Assembly (NCBI RefSeq): GCF_006345805.1
Contig: NC_042997.1
Coordinates: 35,650,001 to 35,714,000, forward strand
Source: Octopus sinensis
Taxonomy: Eukaryota
DNA: 64,000 bases
Direction: 5' to 3'
The number at the start of each line of letters is the position of its first letter. Within the stretch, counting starts at the first letter, position 1. Below are positions 27,901-41,689 of this stretch, one piece after another. The position numbers were made by a program, and so were the translations under genes. The notes beneath the pieces were generated by a model. That model was not told where the DNA came from and made no database searches. It saw only the letters and a list, made by a program, of their open reading frames with translations.

Positions 27901-28130
27901 CGGCGAGCTGGCCGAATCGTTAGCACGCCGGGTGAAATGCTTATCGGTATTTCGTCTGCCGCTACGTTCTGAGTTCAAATTCCGCCGAGGTCGACTTTGC
28001 CTTTCATCCTTTCGGGGTCGATTAAATAAGTACCAGTTACGTACTGGGGTCGACATAATCGACTTAATCTGTTTGTCTGTCATTGTTTGTCCTCTCTGTG
28101 TTTAGACCCTTCTGGGTAGTAAAGAAAGAG
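27901..28130 (+). mobile_element. SINE family 2, full copy
   Basis: Near-identical to 41035-41264. Confidence 0.9.
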
Positions 28131-28189
28131 ATCTCTAATACACACAATATCACTCCATCACTGTATCAACCAGATTATCGGATGATGTT

Positions 28190-28730
28190 TTACTCCGAAT
28201 GTCACATTGCGCTCGACCACTTTCTTTATGGTACCTTCCTTTTCCAATTTGGTTCCGTTCATTTAAATGAATCGTTTTAGAAACCTTTTCTGTAGGCTTT
28301 TTCTTGGATACAACTCGGCAACTGCGCAGATTGAATTATTATCTGTAAACCTTAAACCACATCTAACTCAGCTGAACATGTACCCTCGCTATTTTGATAA
28401 TATACTTTATTCTAAACTGTCCTCTGATCAATTCGTTTCGAATATGCTGTCGCGGTGACAATCCAAGTATGAATCATTCTATGGCTTTTTGTAATATACC
28501 CAATTTATGTTACTCCTCCTTCGCAGTAAATTAAGTTTCACTTGCGTGTGGCAGCCCAGGTTGGACGTTGCTATTGAAGAAACTGGCATATTTGGTATTG
28601 TCTAGTATTGACTGAGCACGTATTTTGATGAGGCAAACGCCTTCCGTCCAACGCTTACTCATCTCCATATTCCAGAATTCGCAGCACATATTGTGTTTCA
28701 CCCATGTAGCCTTACCTCTTAACCTCCTCT
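28190..28730 (-). mobile_element. Decayed RTE-1-like LINE C-terminal fragment
   Basis: FFNSNVQPGLPHASET*..LQKAIE*FILGLSPRQHIRNELIR resembles LFNSTVLPAMLYASETW..QRAMER.MLG.S.R.HIRNE.IR. Confidence 0.75.
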
Positions 28731-29454
28731 ACTCCATGCGTCCCACCTTTATTCGGCTGTGTGCTACGATGTAAGACTGTATGTCTCTATGTAGTCAATT
28801 GGTCCGCGGGTAGCCACAAAATACTTTAAAATTTATAACATTGAACTATGCAACGTTCATGCTGTATCTCCTTGTAGCACAGTAAGTTAATGTTGAAGTA
28901 TACAATATATAGAATTGTGAAGGTAAGTATCAATGTATATGTTAGCGTAAGATTGATTCCAAATGTGAATATCCACATCAAAGTTAACGTAAATATATGA
29001 ATCATAACAATTATTATAAACGAAATTACATAGGTTATCATTAATAATCTCAAACGCAAATCATTTATTCAATGACATTCTATATATTCACTTATAAATA
29101 TGCTAACATATTATGTAGTTGTAAAATATTCTATATTGATGTTTAAAAAAGAACATATGTACCACTGTGTTACATATTATACAAGTAGTTTGATACGATA
29201 TACAGTAGAGAAAAGAGGCAATTCTACGAGTGAAAATTAGAAGATTTTTTCATAGGTAGATTTATTCTATGACTAACCTTCTATGCACCTCTATATCATT
29301 TATTGACCAGAAAATCGAATGTATCACTCGACACGCACTACAAAGGGAGAACGTGATATGAAATAGTATGAAGAGGGCAATAAATAACATATTGGATATA
29401 TGGGAAAATTATAATACATTGAGAGACAGCTCTAAGTCATTCCGTGTCTTGTAA

Positions 29455-29868
29455 TACTCTTTTACTCATTACTCTTTTACTTGTTTCAGTCATTTGACTG
29501 CGGCCATGCTGGAGTACCGCCTTTAATCGAGCAACTTGACCCCGGGACTTATTCTTTGTAAGCCCAGTACTTATTCTATCGATCTCTTTTTGCCGAACCG
29601 CTAAGTGACGGGGACATAAACACACCAGCATCGGTTGTCAAGCAATGCTAGGGGGACAAACACAGACATACAAACACACACACATACATATATATATACA
29701 TATATACGACGGGCTTCTTTCAGTTTCCATCTACGAAATCCACTCACAAGGCTTTGGTCCGCCCGAGGCTATAGTAGAAGACACTTGCCCAAGGTGCCAC
29801 GCAGTGGGACTGAACCCGGAACCATGTAGTTGGTAAACAAGCTACTTATCACACAGCCATTCCTGCGA
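29455..29868 (-). mobile_element. SINE family 1, full copy
   Basis: Reverse complement of 43817-44238. Confidence 0.9.
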
Positions 29869-30221
29869 CTAATATCAAATACTTCTGCAATAGAAGGCCA
29901 TGATATATTTAGAAGAATACGTAACCTTATCATGTAATTTGATATTTAATAGTTTAATAAGTTTTAAAATTTGGTGACTAAACAGTGTACTAATACCACT
30001 TTACCTGCAACATCGTGTACTTATAATGAGCAATAAAATTATACTACATTTTCGAAGCACAAATCAAATCACAATGCATTGTTTGAAGATCAGATATAAA
30101 GTAGGTCAATTATATTCCCAAAGAAATGAAAAATCTCATTGTTTTCCATTCCCCTGACGAATAAGCAAATAATACACTTTATACACACACGCACACAGAC
30201 ACACACACGCACACACACACA

Positions 30222-30261
<40 letters not shown>

Positions 30262-30841
30262 TATATATATATATACTGAGAGGGAGGAGGACAATTGATA
30301 AAAAGAGAAAATTACTATTAAGATCGATGGGAAAAGAGTTATTTATTAAATATCATTATCATAAATATTATTGTGATTTGATCTAATATACGATGCAACA
30401 ATATGAGAAAAAAATTTGATGGAGTCTAGTAACTTTAATTAGAAAATAATTAATATTTGATTAAACGTCTTTTATAATGTTTAATCTTTAATTATCAATT
30501 TAAATAGGCATTGTTATATAGATTCATGGGTAGAAAAAATACGAGTCATCTATAAATGAATGGAGACTGCGTATTAATTTCAACACTCGTATGTATACCA
30601 TGTATTTTTATTTACCTCGGCTATATGCCGTTTTTCCAGCTGATTCTTATGTATTTAAACCTATTGACTTTTTAGTTTCATTAAATAACAATGTAATTTG
30701 CCTTGGGTAAATATTTAGCAAGAATGCCAATTTCTCCCTCAGTGAAACATTGCCCAGATCGCTTTCAAATATTACTAGGTTCTCTGACACTTCTATAATA
30801 AACTGTCCTAACTTTTGTCACACTCTTATATATATATATAT

Positions 30842-30892
<51 letters not shown>

Positions 30893-31072
30893 ATGTATAT
30901 ATCCGTTCATATGTGTGTGCATGTGTTTATGTGTGTATACATATATGTATGTATATATGTATATATAATATATATATATATAATATATATATATATATTA
31001 TATATATATATATATATGCATATATATAGAGAGAGAAAGAGAGGGAGATGTGCGTGTGTGTGAGTAGATATA

Positions 31073-32255
31073 TATTGGCTTGGCAAGGAAGTAATTTCGT
31101 TTTTCACCAATAGACATAGTTACGATTTTTAAAAATGACTTTTGTCTATGTTATTTTTTGCTTTTTGACATTTGGTAGCCTTTATGTTTAGCTTACATTA
31201 GAAGCGATTAGCGCGTAATCTTATTTGCAGCTCTTAGTTCAATCTCAATTTTAACATGGATTACAAAAACGAAAAATTTCGCCATATTTTGCTTTTTTAT
31301 ATTTCCGTAAAGGCATGGATGTTAAGTTTATGGTGTTGATTACTTAACGGAACGCACATGTTAGGAATGGTCTAAAAATTCCTTTCTCGAGATTTTTCAC
31401 TCCAAGTTCACGAACGTTCTGGTCGACCTACTGAAGTTGATGATGACCGAATCAAAGGCATAACTGATTCTGATTGTACTATAACCGTGCGAGAAATTAC
31501 AGAGATGTTAAATGTATCACACACACAACTGAAAATTCCTTATGAAGACTTGAAAGAGAATGAAAGAGATTCCTAACACAGCAAATCAATAATTGCGATA
31601 TGCAACTTAAACGCAATACAATCGGCCTTCTTTGGAAACGAATCATCACTGGGCAAGAAAAATAGATTGTTTACAATAACGTCAATCGAAAACAATCCTG
31701 GTCCAAGCGTAATGAACGAGCAATACCCACATATAAACCACATCGAAAGCTGAATTACATAAAAAATGTCATGCTGTCAATTTGCTGGGATTACAAGTAT
31801 ATTGTGAATTTTGAGCTGCTTCTAAGGTACGAAACGATCAATTCAGATGTTTAATGTCAACAACTAATGAAACTGGAGCAATTAAAGAAAATAGCCATAA
31901 TCGTATAGGAATCATGTTGGCAACGCTAGACCACACACGTCTTTGTCAAGTAGTGAAACATTATTGCAGTTCTGTTGTGAAATGATGTCACATCCAACAT
32001 ATAGCCCTGATCTTGCACCGTCAAATTACCATTTATTTCGAAGTTTGCAAAATATTTCAATACTGGTGATGACAGTTTTTGGCTGATAAGAACCAAAAGT
32101 TCTATGAGAATGGAATCATGCAGTTGCCACAGAATGACAAAACGTAGTCGAACAAAATGGAAAATATATAATTGATTAAAATGCATTCGTTGTATGGAAA
32201 AGAAATGACTTTTATTTTACGCTAAAAGACTGAAATTTCTTTGTCGCTAACCCTA
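31073..32255 (+). mobile_element. Decayed mariner (Tc1/mariner) DNA transposon; transposase pseudogene 31256-32179
   Basis: MDYKNEKFRHILL, KRIITGQEK*IVYNNVNRKQSW, NARPHTS, YSPDLAPSNYHLFRSLQN; degenerate ~30-bp TIRs; TA flanks. Confidence 0.95.
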
Positions 32256-32631
32256 TATATATATATATATATACATAAAACATAGGGGCTCAGTTCACAG
32301 TCGATCTAAACGACAAATTACGGTGGTTATGGAGCCATTGTAGATTTCCGATATAGCGGATATATAATTCTTAAAGAGGACAAGGAACGTTGAGGCAAGG
32401 CAAATATCTCAAATATTATGCATTATTATTACTGGAAAGAAATTCTAAGTCTTACAGCTATGAACCTTTATGCATAGTTATATACCCACCTCTTTACATT
32501 TCGTCCATATCAAGTGTCCACTGTTATCTATAATTTTACACAGAACTAGCAGTCACAGAGTACTAATCGAAAACAATCTGTGATTCCACAATTAGTTAAC
32601 AGAAATAATATCGTTGTATGGCCGCAATATA

Positions 32632-32933
32632 TCTTTATATATAAAACTGAAGTTGTGTGTGTGTCTGTCTACTCCGATTTCGATTCCTAACTACTCCCAC
32701 ATTTTGCGGTGCAGTTTAAACAAAAGCGGATATCTTATAGTCGTGATTCATATCGAGCCCTTCTGGGTATTAGCACGCGTCTACGATGAGTCTACGATAA
32801 AAAAAAACTTGCTATCATTTTTCCGCTTTTTTAATGCATTTTTTGCTCGGTTTATATAAGGGTAGTAACTCTCTAAAAATGCTTATGTAGTTATTTCCTT
32901 ACAGACCCGAGCAACGCCGGGCGATACTGATAG
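32632..32933 (+). mobile_element. Non-autonomous Helitron
   Basis: 5' A|TC; subterminal CCCG..CGGG hairpin; 3' ATAG|T (variant of CTAG); homologous to 45938-46314. Confidence 0.8.
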
Positions 32934-33991
32934 TATGCCATAGTTAATAATTAATTTAGGAATAACTTTTCGGGATTCAAAATAGAAAGTTTGGTTTCAA
33001 ATGCATTCAGTTGCAGTCACATGTTGCTAATAGTGAATCTATTTGTTTAGAGAAGATACATTCCAAATTTCCAATTCGTATAATACCTGCAAATACTTTT
33101 GTTTTCTTCCATGTACAAGATTACACCAGAACATATGTTGTTTTGAAATAAATATTCAAACACTAATGTTCTGTTTCTATCGTTGTTTAAAATTTTTACC
33201 GATATAAATGTAGTTTGTGGCTAACAACAGTTCATTTGAAATCACAATTAAGATACAACATATATTAGAAGTATTCATATTCCTTGTAAAACCAGTAGCC
33301 ATGCTAAATAATATACACTCAAAACCGCAGTGAAATGCACGGTGAAACAATCACAGGCAAACGCACACTCACACTCATATATATGAACATGCATGTGTGA
33401 GTCTACGTGTATATACACGCCCACACAAACACACACATATATAAGTGTATATATATATCTTATTTCAATATTGAAATAAATACGTTCTCTAGTAGGCAGC
33501 ACTAACCGCGGTAAATTATTTACTGCAGTTCTCTTCAGGAATTTTTAGCGCACCAGAGCTAAGCCATTTGAAATTTATCCGTAATGTAATCGGTAACACT
33601 AAACAAGTGTCTGTTTTGGCACAGAAACCTGGGGTTAGTTTTTTCAAATTGCATTTGTCTGAACGATCGCACTGACGAAACTACGGACATTTAAATTATG
33701 TAAGTAATTCTTTTGTTAATAGTTGAAACCGTGGTATGTGATTAATTCTGTTGTTTTATATAATTTTCATCTGTCTTGCCCGCCTAATTTGTTCTGGTGT
33801 CAGCTGAATTTTCCTCTAGAGAACATTCTTTGTACTTTGATCGTTGGTGATCTATTTCTAGCATACGGCCGACTACCTAGTGGTCTTGCCCTTTCAATAT
33901 ACACATTTATTAGAATTTTCTCTGATTTTTTCAGATTTTTGTATGCTAGGCTACTGGTTTTAAGTTAATATTAATTTATCGCCCTCATTAT

Positions 33992-34028
<37 letters not shown>

Positions 34029-34099
34029 AAGTTGGTTTGTGAAAGCATGAGGTTGAATATATAGAAAATAGTAAAAAGTGAAAAAACTACAGAAGGCTT

Positions 34100-34625
34100 G
34101 TTTTAAAAAGTTAAAAAATATATATTTGAGTCAATATGTCTGAAGAATGTTATAAATTTTTTTCTTACAATGACATAGTTTAGAAGAAATGACCGGTTTC
34201 TCGTTCAGCTTTTCAAATTTCTTATATTGTTATGTTTACGTTGAGATGCGTTATCGCTATGTTTATGTTGTGAGGAGTTTCAGATAAGGGGAGGTAATAA
34301 GTGATTTCTTCCGGTGTAAGGGAGATAATCGCTTAAAATTTTTGCCTTTCTTTTGGAGTGAATTTCTCTGTAAAAGTATGTTGGAATGGTTAAGCTTGGG
34401 CTTGTATTTTTCAATGAAGAATGTTTCCTAGTTTAGTCTAATTTGTGTTGGTGTTCCGATAGCACATTGGTAAAATGGAAAGATTAAAAATTGTGGTAGT
34501 AATTGCTTGCGCATTTCTCAATGTGCTCACTAAAGGGTATCATTCTGTATTCTGGGAATGCAATCTGTTGTCGATGCCCTGTGCATCTACGTCTGAGTGA
34601 TAGTCCCGTTGACCCCACGTAGTCT
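34100..34625 (-). mobile_element. Penelope fragment: GIY-YIG C-half plus 3' region
   Basis: YVGSTGLSLRRRCTGHRQQI..SEHIEKCA..FPFYQC..E.FFIEKYKPKLN. Confidence 0.9.
34184..34223 (-). ncRNA. Minimal hammerhead motif with U3-A8 core
   Basis: AAGAAAU-UUGAAAA-GCUGAACGA-GAAACCGGUC-AUUUCUU; 7-bp helix I; ACCGGU palindrome. Confidence 0.6.
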
Positions 34626-35391
34626 GTATATATATATATATATAATATATATACACGAGAAAGTCGACAAACAAAATAAGGGCACAACACATTTCCTAAG
34701 AGTTACATGTGTAGATCTGAATCAAACTCTCACTCTGTCTATATATATATGTACATATATTTACATGTATGCATATATATAAATCTATACGCAGACAAAC
34801 ACACACATATATATATACTCTTTTTACTCTTTAATTTGCTTCACACCGTTTGACTGCGGCCATGATGGAGCACCGCCTATATGTATATATATATAAATAT
34901 ACATATATATATATATACATACATGTATGCGTGTGTATGTATATATACATGTCCGTATGTATAGACATGCAAATTAATTTGAAACAGTTATGGTATATCC
35001 TGAATTCATCACGTTTTGTGATTCAGAGTTGATAGCACTTAACGCTACAGCCTTTTTTTCTTTTCTGTCTTGAACGCAGAAATTTCAAATTTTGTATATA
35101 TTGTGTACGAAATTCACTGCACGGCACATTATCGTATGAACAGAAATTCATGTCATTGCTTGCTTTTCTCGTATTTCTCTTTGCTGGTGTTATTTAATTC
35201 TAAAATTATACCTTGCCACAACTGAGTTCCTTCTGAGTATACAAGTATATGCGTGTGAGTGTATTTGTGTGTGTGTACCTGTGTGTCAGAGCGTGTGTAT
35301 ATGTGTGTCTAGATGCGTATTTGTGTGTTGCGTCTTTATGGATATATATATAATATTATTATATACACACACACCTATATATATTTATATA

Positions 35392-35590
35392 TAACGGGAA
35401 GCTTTATGAAAATAAACAAAAGACGAAGGCAGGTGGAATACAAACAAACAATTGTATTACTATGGCGCTCAGGAATATAAATAAAAGAAGTATTTTACAT
35501 TTCGAACCTACGCTCTTCAACAGAAAGATACACAGAAAAGAAACACGGAGAGAAACAAGGAGAGAAAAAAAATGGCGTGCAGAAGCTAAT
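35392..35590 (-). mobile_element. PLE-like terminal-repeat remnant, family A
   Basis: Homologous to 329-516. Confidence 0.5.
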
Positions 35591-35694
35591 ATATATGTAT
35601 AGATAAATGCATACATATTTTCATATATATACACATATGTTGTTGTTGATCTTATTATTATATTAAACATCGGACAGCACACAATATCGTGAGT

Positions 35695-36452
35695 TTGTTT
35701 ATTGAAGATATTCTGTCTACCAGGGGTTTGTACTGTTTGTCAAGTCACAGAAAGGACCTCAGTAAGACGGTACTTTACGCAATATGCGTGCAGTTCCAAT
35801 CAATGCCGACTTTTGCAATACACATAGGTAGTAGGATGCGAAGATTCCCTTGTCTTTATGGCTGACTTCTCCACCATCTGCCCAATCTATTTATAGACCT
35901 GTTAAATATGATTCACCAATGGGCAATGCTTGCTATAGTATCATGTCCTCTCTTATATTCTTTCTGGGCTTTCAGCGTACATTCGCTGGTAATATACCAT
36001 ACGGCTTCCCCATTTTGTCCACAAATTATGCATTTATCACTTTCTGATGTGTTGTCTATTCTGTATTTGATGTAATTTGTTTTTAATGAGTGCTCTTGCG
36101 CAGCACAGATTAGAGCTTCCGTGTTTCCGGTTTTTAGTGAATTTTAGTCATCCATATACATCTTTTACCTATGTCTATCTTATTTTCAACATCTCTATGA
36201 CATTGTACACTCATTCTTTTCTTTATCCATCTATTTTCAGTTTCATTCACTCTCAAGTGCTTGTACGGTGTTTTATGTTCCAATACCTTCTTACTTCCAA
36301 AAATAGCGGTTCTGTGGCATTGTTACATACCATGCTGTGTTGTTTTCTTCTGCGCTAATGCTGTGTTCGCATCCAATCTGTCCTCTTCCTACCCTTTTTC
36401 TCGGTACATAATGTCTATCTGTGTCACGTTTTGGATGGAGTATCCTAAGATA
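35695..36452 (-). mobile_element. Second R4/Dong-family LINE fragment, internally deleted
   Basis: HPKRDTDRHYVPRK, KPETEALICAAQE, CIICGQNGEAVWYITSEC, LQKSALIGTARILRKV. Confidence 0.9.
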
Positions 36453-36528
36453 TAGAAATTTATAAATAACATCGCAAAATTTTTTAAAGCTAATGATAAA
36501 GGAATTTATATACGGAAAATCACATCGC

Positions 36529-36529
<1 letters not shown>

Positions 36530-36578
<49 letters not shown>
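36530..36578. repeat. (ATT)n tract
   Basis: Seen directly. Confidence 0.99.
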
Positions 36579-36580
<2 letters not shown>

Positions 36581-36664
36581 AGTTTAATTCGACTCCATAA
36601 GTACTAAAGCTTCCTAGTCCCTTCCAGATATCTAGGAGACCATATATATATAATATATATATAT

Positions 36665-37216
36665 ATATAACGATTTAGGAGTGACCCCAACAGGTCCTCG
36701 TCCACCAGAAAGAGCAGCCATAACTCACACCGCAAGTATTAGTAATTCAGATATTAGGTGAAAATTTAAAAACATTTACCCTAATTCTTCTTTTAGACGT
36801 CAACGTTCTGTGTCATTAATGATTAATTAGCTTAATTAAATTAAATTAAGCCAATCTACCATAGGTTACACTTCATCATTAAAAGACCTGGGAGAGACAA
36901 ATATACACGAGGCGTCTGTATAGATGCCTACGGGATTCTGACTTAAAATTTTCAAGACTGACGTATTCGCGCCAAACTTATCAACAGTAAATATAAACTG
37001 CCGATTCAATCTCAGAATTATTCAGAAAATTATCAATTAGTCAATTTAGGGTAGCAAAAAATTCAATAGAAATTTATCGCACCCAGCGGCCTGGTGAAAA
37101 AGAGAAAATAGTCATCGACTAAATATATAAATATAACGATTTAGGATGACCCCACAGGTCACTCGTCCACCAGAAAGAGCAGCCATAACTCACACCGCCA
37201 GTATTAGTAATTCAGA
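36665..37216 (-). mobile_element. PLE-like remnant with ~86-bp direct repeats (36665-36751 / 37131-37216)
   Basis: Direct repeat offset 466 bp; TA flanks; internal hammerhead-like motif. Confidence 0.55.
36790..36886 (-). ncRNA. Degenerate hammerhead motif with long branched stem II
   Basis: UCUUUUA-AUGAUGA-[GUGU..ACAC]-GAAC-GUUGAC-GUC-UAAAAGA; 7-bp helix I; C3A and one core A missing. Confidence 0.5.
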
Positions 37217-37219
37217 AAT

Positions 37220-37220
37220 T

Positions 37221-37259
<39 letters not shown>

Positions 37260-37267
37260 GTATATAT

Positions 37268-37299
<32 letters not shown>

Positions 37300-37400
37300 A
37301 TATATATATTAATATATATATATAATATATATATATATATATGTAATATATATATATATATATATATAATATATATTATATATATATTATGTATATTATT

Positions 37401-37444
<44 letters not shown>
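37220..37444. repeat. Interrupted (TA)n
   Basis: Seen directly. Confidence 0.99.
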
Positions 37445-37446
<2 letters not shown>

Positions 37447-37529
37447 CAAGAAAGAGTGAGGGAGAGAGAAAATGTGTGAGCGACGGAGAAATATATATTC
37501 ATAAATGCTTACTATACATATATTATAGA

Positions 37530-38250
37530 TGTTAGGCGTGGAGTACCAACAAATCTATGACAGCCTCCTTCGAAGTTTACCTCTGTTTTATGAAAGAACA
37601 CTAGATCCCATTAAGTTTGTACAGCGCGAAAGGTCTAAAAACGCTGGCAGATCACAAATATATGCTTTGCAAGATTTAACCGAATGTATCAACCATATTA
37701 ATGCCAACTACGAGAGAATGTCTTCCAGATATCATGAGGCATGATGCGTTGCTCATACGAGTGTTGAACGGGATTAGAACAGAATATTTGTTTACAAGAA
37801 TATTCATGGAATCTAGAAATGTAAACAGTTAAAATACAAAGTTAAAATACAACCGGTAAGATATTGTTGTGTAGGGCCAATAGTAAAATACATGGTGTGA
37901 TATAGAAATCAGCTGGTATCTGGAAACAAATGCGGTTAGAAAAATACAACAGACAAATATTTATGGATTCTGGATTAGGAGTTTAGTACCTAAGTACTAT
38001 GTAGTACCTAAGTTTCATGTGCTGCTCCATACCTATTATTATTACAGCAACGGGATACGTACCAAGCTGGCCAAAGCGAAATATTGCTGAACTTAGGATC
38101 AAGGAGAAAGAATGCAAACCCTTTATTCATTCGCCATAAATGATCCTGATATTTGGGTTAATAAAAATTTACAAGACCACGCTAAAATTGTAAAGATGAC
38201 AGTTGAACACAAGATGCTTTCCTTCACAGACTTGCTAACTAGTAGGTGGG
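37530..38250 (+). mobile_element. Probable heavily decayed RTE RT fragment
   Basis: RRGVP..PSKFTSVL, ITNICFA (cf. ITNLRFADD) and IRTKLAKAK occur in RT order across frames. Confidence 0.4.
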
Positions 38251-38312
38251 TATTCAAAATCAATTCTAAATTAAAAAAAGTGAAAGAGAATATACATACA
38301 CACAGACACACG

Positions 38313-38375
<63 letters not shown>

Positions 38376-39463
38376 TATATATATATATATATACATACAG
38401 ACAGTGTTAGTCAGAGAGTGGGGATTAATATGAAATTGCACTTGTTAGAAATTGGTTAAAACCATTAGTGAATAAATATTCCTGCATTAGTAGAGTTGCA
38501 AATAAACGTGAAATATATATTAAGCTTGGTAATGAATGCATGAGATTTATATTATACTCATATTTTCTGTGTAAGCTAATTACGGAACGTAACAAGAATG
38601 TATCCAGTATCTAGTGGATATTGATTGGTAAATGATAACCTAAATTATACAGATTTCCTTGACTATTGAGAAATGATATTATATTTGATTTGGTCTAAAT
38701 TGCGATATTTCTATCAAGATAACGAACGTATCCGCATTGCGTCTGTAATATATATTCCTGTTAGTATTTCATATGACCAAAAGTAGAAATATTTACTTAC
38801 ACACAATTAATTATTCCATATTTCTAAAAGCGTAGCAGCTTGTAGGTGAATGATTAACGTTTACACTTTGATACAACGTCAATGAATTGATGCAATGTCA
38901 TTGAACAACGTATATTGTTTCTTGTTATCAAATATTTATTAATACATTTAAACGATGATGTGTAGAGAGAAGTTCTGAGTAAGCGAGTAAGCTCACACTT
39001 AGGAAAACCATGATTGAGGATCGAAGCTACTCTAAAGCGTCAAATATTCAGCCATAAACATTTGAAAAGAACTGCATATATTTGCGATAAAGGGAAAGTG
39101 AACTTGCTAGATACAAATGGAAGAAAATGTCTCTAAGCTATCTGGAGCCGCCGGAAGAATCGCGAGCAAAGATGAGGTATCAATGTAACAGCCGCTTTGT
39201 GTTATATTACCTCTCATATAACATACATAACATACTTCTCTTCTGATGATACATGTATCTGCAAGTGCTTATGCTCGTGCACGCTGGTGTAGCAGGACTT
39301 GATATTTCATTCCCGTTAGAAAAAGTGCCAGACCGAAACAATAACATGGGTTGGGCCGGCAATCATGTCTGTGGTTTAATCCGTTACTAGAAATATATAT
39401 ATGCGTGTTGTGTGTCTGAGCGGTGGTGTGTCCGTTTCTATGCATATACGTCTATGCATATAC

Positions 39464-39520
<57 letters not shown>

Positions 39521-39595
39521 GGTATACTTCTACATTTGTATGTATATGTGTATATACTTATACATGTAAATATGTGTTTATTTTTATATATATAT

Positions 39596-39649
<54 letters not shown>

Positions 39650-39689
39650 ATATATATATATATTCTTTCGTCATGTTGTGCCACTGAAA

Positions 39690-39860
39690 TCTACAAGTTT
39701 TTTTTCATTCGCTCTCTGTTTATTTTGTCGTATAACGTTCTATTGAAGAGCGTAGGATCGAAACGTAAAAGCCGTTTTCATTATTTCTGTGTGTCAAATT
39801 AATACACTTGCATGTTGATCATACATCTGTCGGCGTGTTTTGTCTTTCTATAAATTTTAT
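39690..39860 (+). mobile_element. PLE-like terminal-repeat remnant, family A
   Basis: TTGAAGAGCGTAGGATCGAAACGTA; reverse-complement match to 329-516. Confidence 0.5.
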
Positions 39861-40933
39861 ATATATACACTTCCATAAATACTGACAAAGGCAAGCATAA
39901 ACTCATAAACTGTTTTGTTAAGAAAAATGCTTACTATCTTGGCTGGCAGTATTTTACAGATTTTTTTGAAAATTAGCAATAATTATCACCAATTATAGCA
40001 CACAAATACAAATTAGAAAAGCATCAGAGTTGTGGCTCGTAGAAATCACTAGATGTTTTCAGTATTTGATTACATTCTTTACCTTTTCAACCTATATTCC
40101 CCGAAATGAGTTTATACATGACAGGAAAATAATTGTAGTGCATATCATGCCGGAAGACATGTATCTCTCCTTCATAATACATCACACTGACGGCATCAAC
40201 AAAATGTTATCGTTGAAAGAAACCATTGCACAAAAATATTAATATAAAACAAATGTGGCTCCGGGGAAATTTCTTTGTGTGATTTAAAATTCATTGCAGA
40301 AATTACAATCAGGGATACAAAGAAAATTTCAAAACGATGCCACTAAAAGAAAGGATTTTTGATAACAAAATAAATATGTCAATTTACATTGAAATTTGTG
40401 TGATGCATAGAACAATAGCAAAAACAAAGCATACGTGCAGAGCAAGTGACTAAAAATATATTTTGTAACGCATTTGGCAATCCAACTAATGATTCCTCAT
40501 ATATATATATTATATATATATTATATATATATTATATAATATATTATATATATAATATATATTTATACATATCAGTACATGTGTGTGTGTGCATACTTAC
40601 ATATATATATATGTACATCTGTATCGTGTGTATGTATGTAAGTGTGAGATTGTACATCACACTCTACGGAAGATATCATGTTTACCAAGTGATAACAATT
40701 TCAATGTGACTTAAGTTATGCAGGATTAATTATTCTGCTATTAAAGTGCTCTTCATTTCAGGATTTAAAAAGTGCCAATGTCACACGCATACACAAAGAA
40801 AAATACACGCACATGCACACACACACATTTATATATACATCAATATGCATATATTATATATATATATATATGTGTGTATGTATATATATATATATATAAT
40901 ATTATATATATATATGTGTGGTGTATGTATATA

Positions 40934-40979
<46 letters not shown>

Positions 40980-41034
40980 ACATACTGATATATAATGACC
41001 TGTGTGTACACTTCTGTAAGCATATGTTATTTTC

Positions 41035-41264
41035 GGCGGCGAGCTGGCAGAAACGTTAGCACGCCGGGCGAAATTCTTTGCGGTATTTCGTCTGTCGCTA
41101 CGTTCTGAGTTCAAATTCCGCCGAGGTCGACTTTGCCTTTCATCCTTTCGGGGTCGATTAAATAAGTACCAGTTACGCACTGGGGTCGATATGATCGACT
41201 TAATCCGTGTTTCTGTCCTTGTTTGTCCTCTCTGTGTTTAGCCCCTTGTGGGCAATAAAGAAAT
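41035..41264 (+). mobile_element. SINE family 2, full copy
   Basis: GGCGGCGAGCTGGCAGAAACGTTAGCACGCCGG head through the AATAAAGAAAT tail. Confidence 0.9.
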
Positions 41265-41689
41265 ATGTTATTTTCGGACTTTTCGCAGTGCTGTATTTAT
41301 TTTTATCGCCGTAAATCACTGCAACATGTAAAAGCTACAGACTACGTAAGTATAATTTCCAAGTATAATTCCAAAATGCAGAAAGAAAAATATATGGACG
41401 AGATAGTCATGGTCTGTGTGTGTGTGTATATATATATATATGTGTGTGTATGTGTGTGTGTGTAGTGAGGATTTACAAAAAAACAAAAGTCGAAGACGCG
41501 TGTGTAAACAATAAACAGATCATTTTAACGCTCGGGTATATATGTAAATATGTTTGTGTATATATATATATATATATAATATATATATATATATGCATAT
41601 GTATATATATGAGCATATATGTACGCATGTATTTGTGTATGTATGGTATGCACATTCATTATTAGAGACTGCGGCAATATATGCTACAG

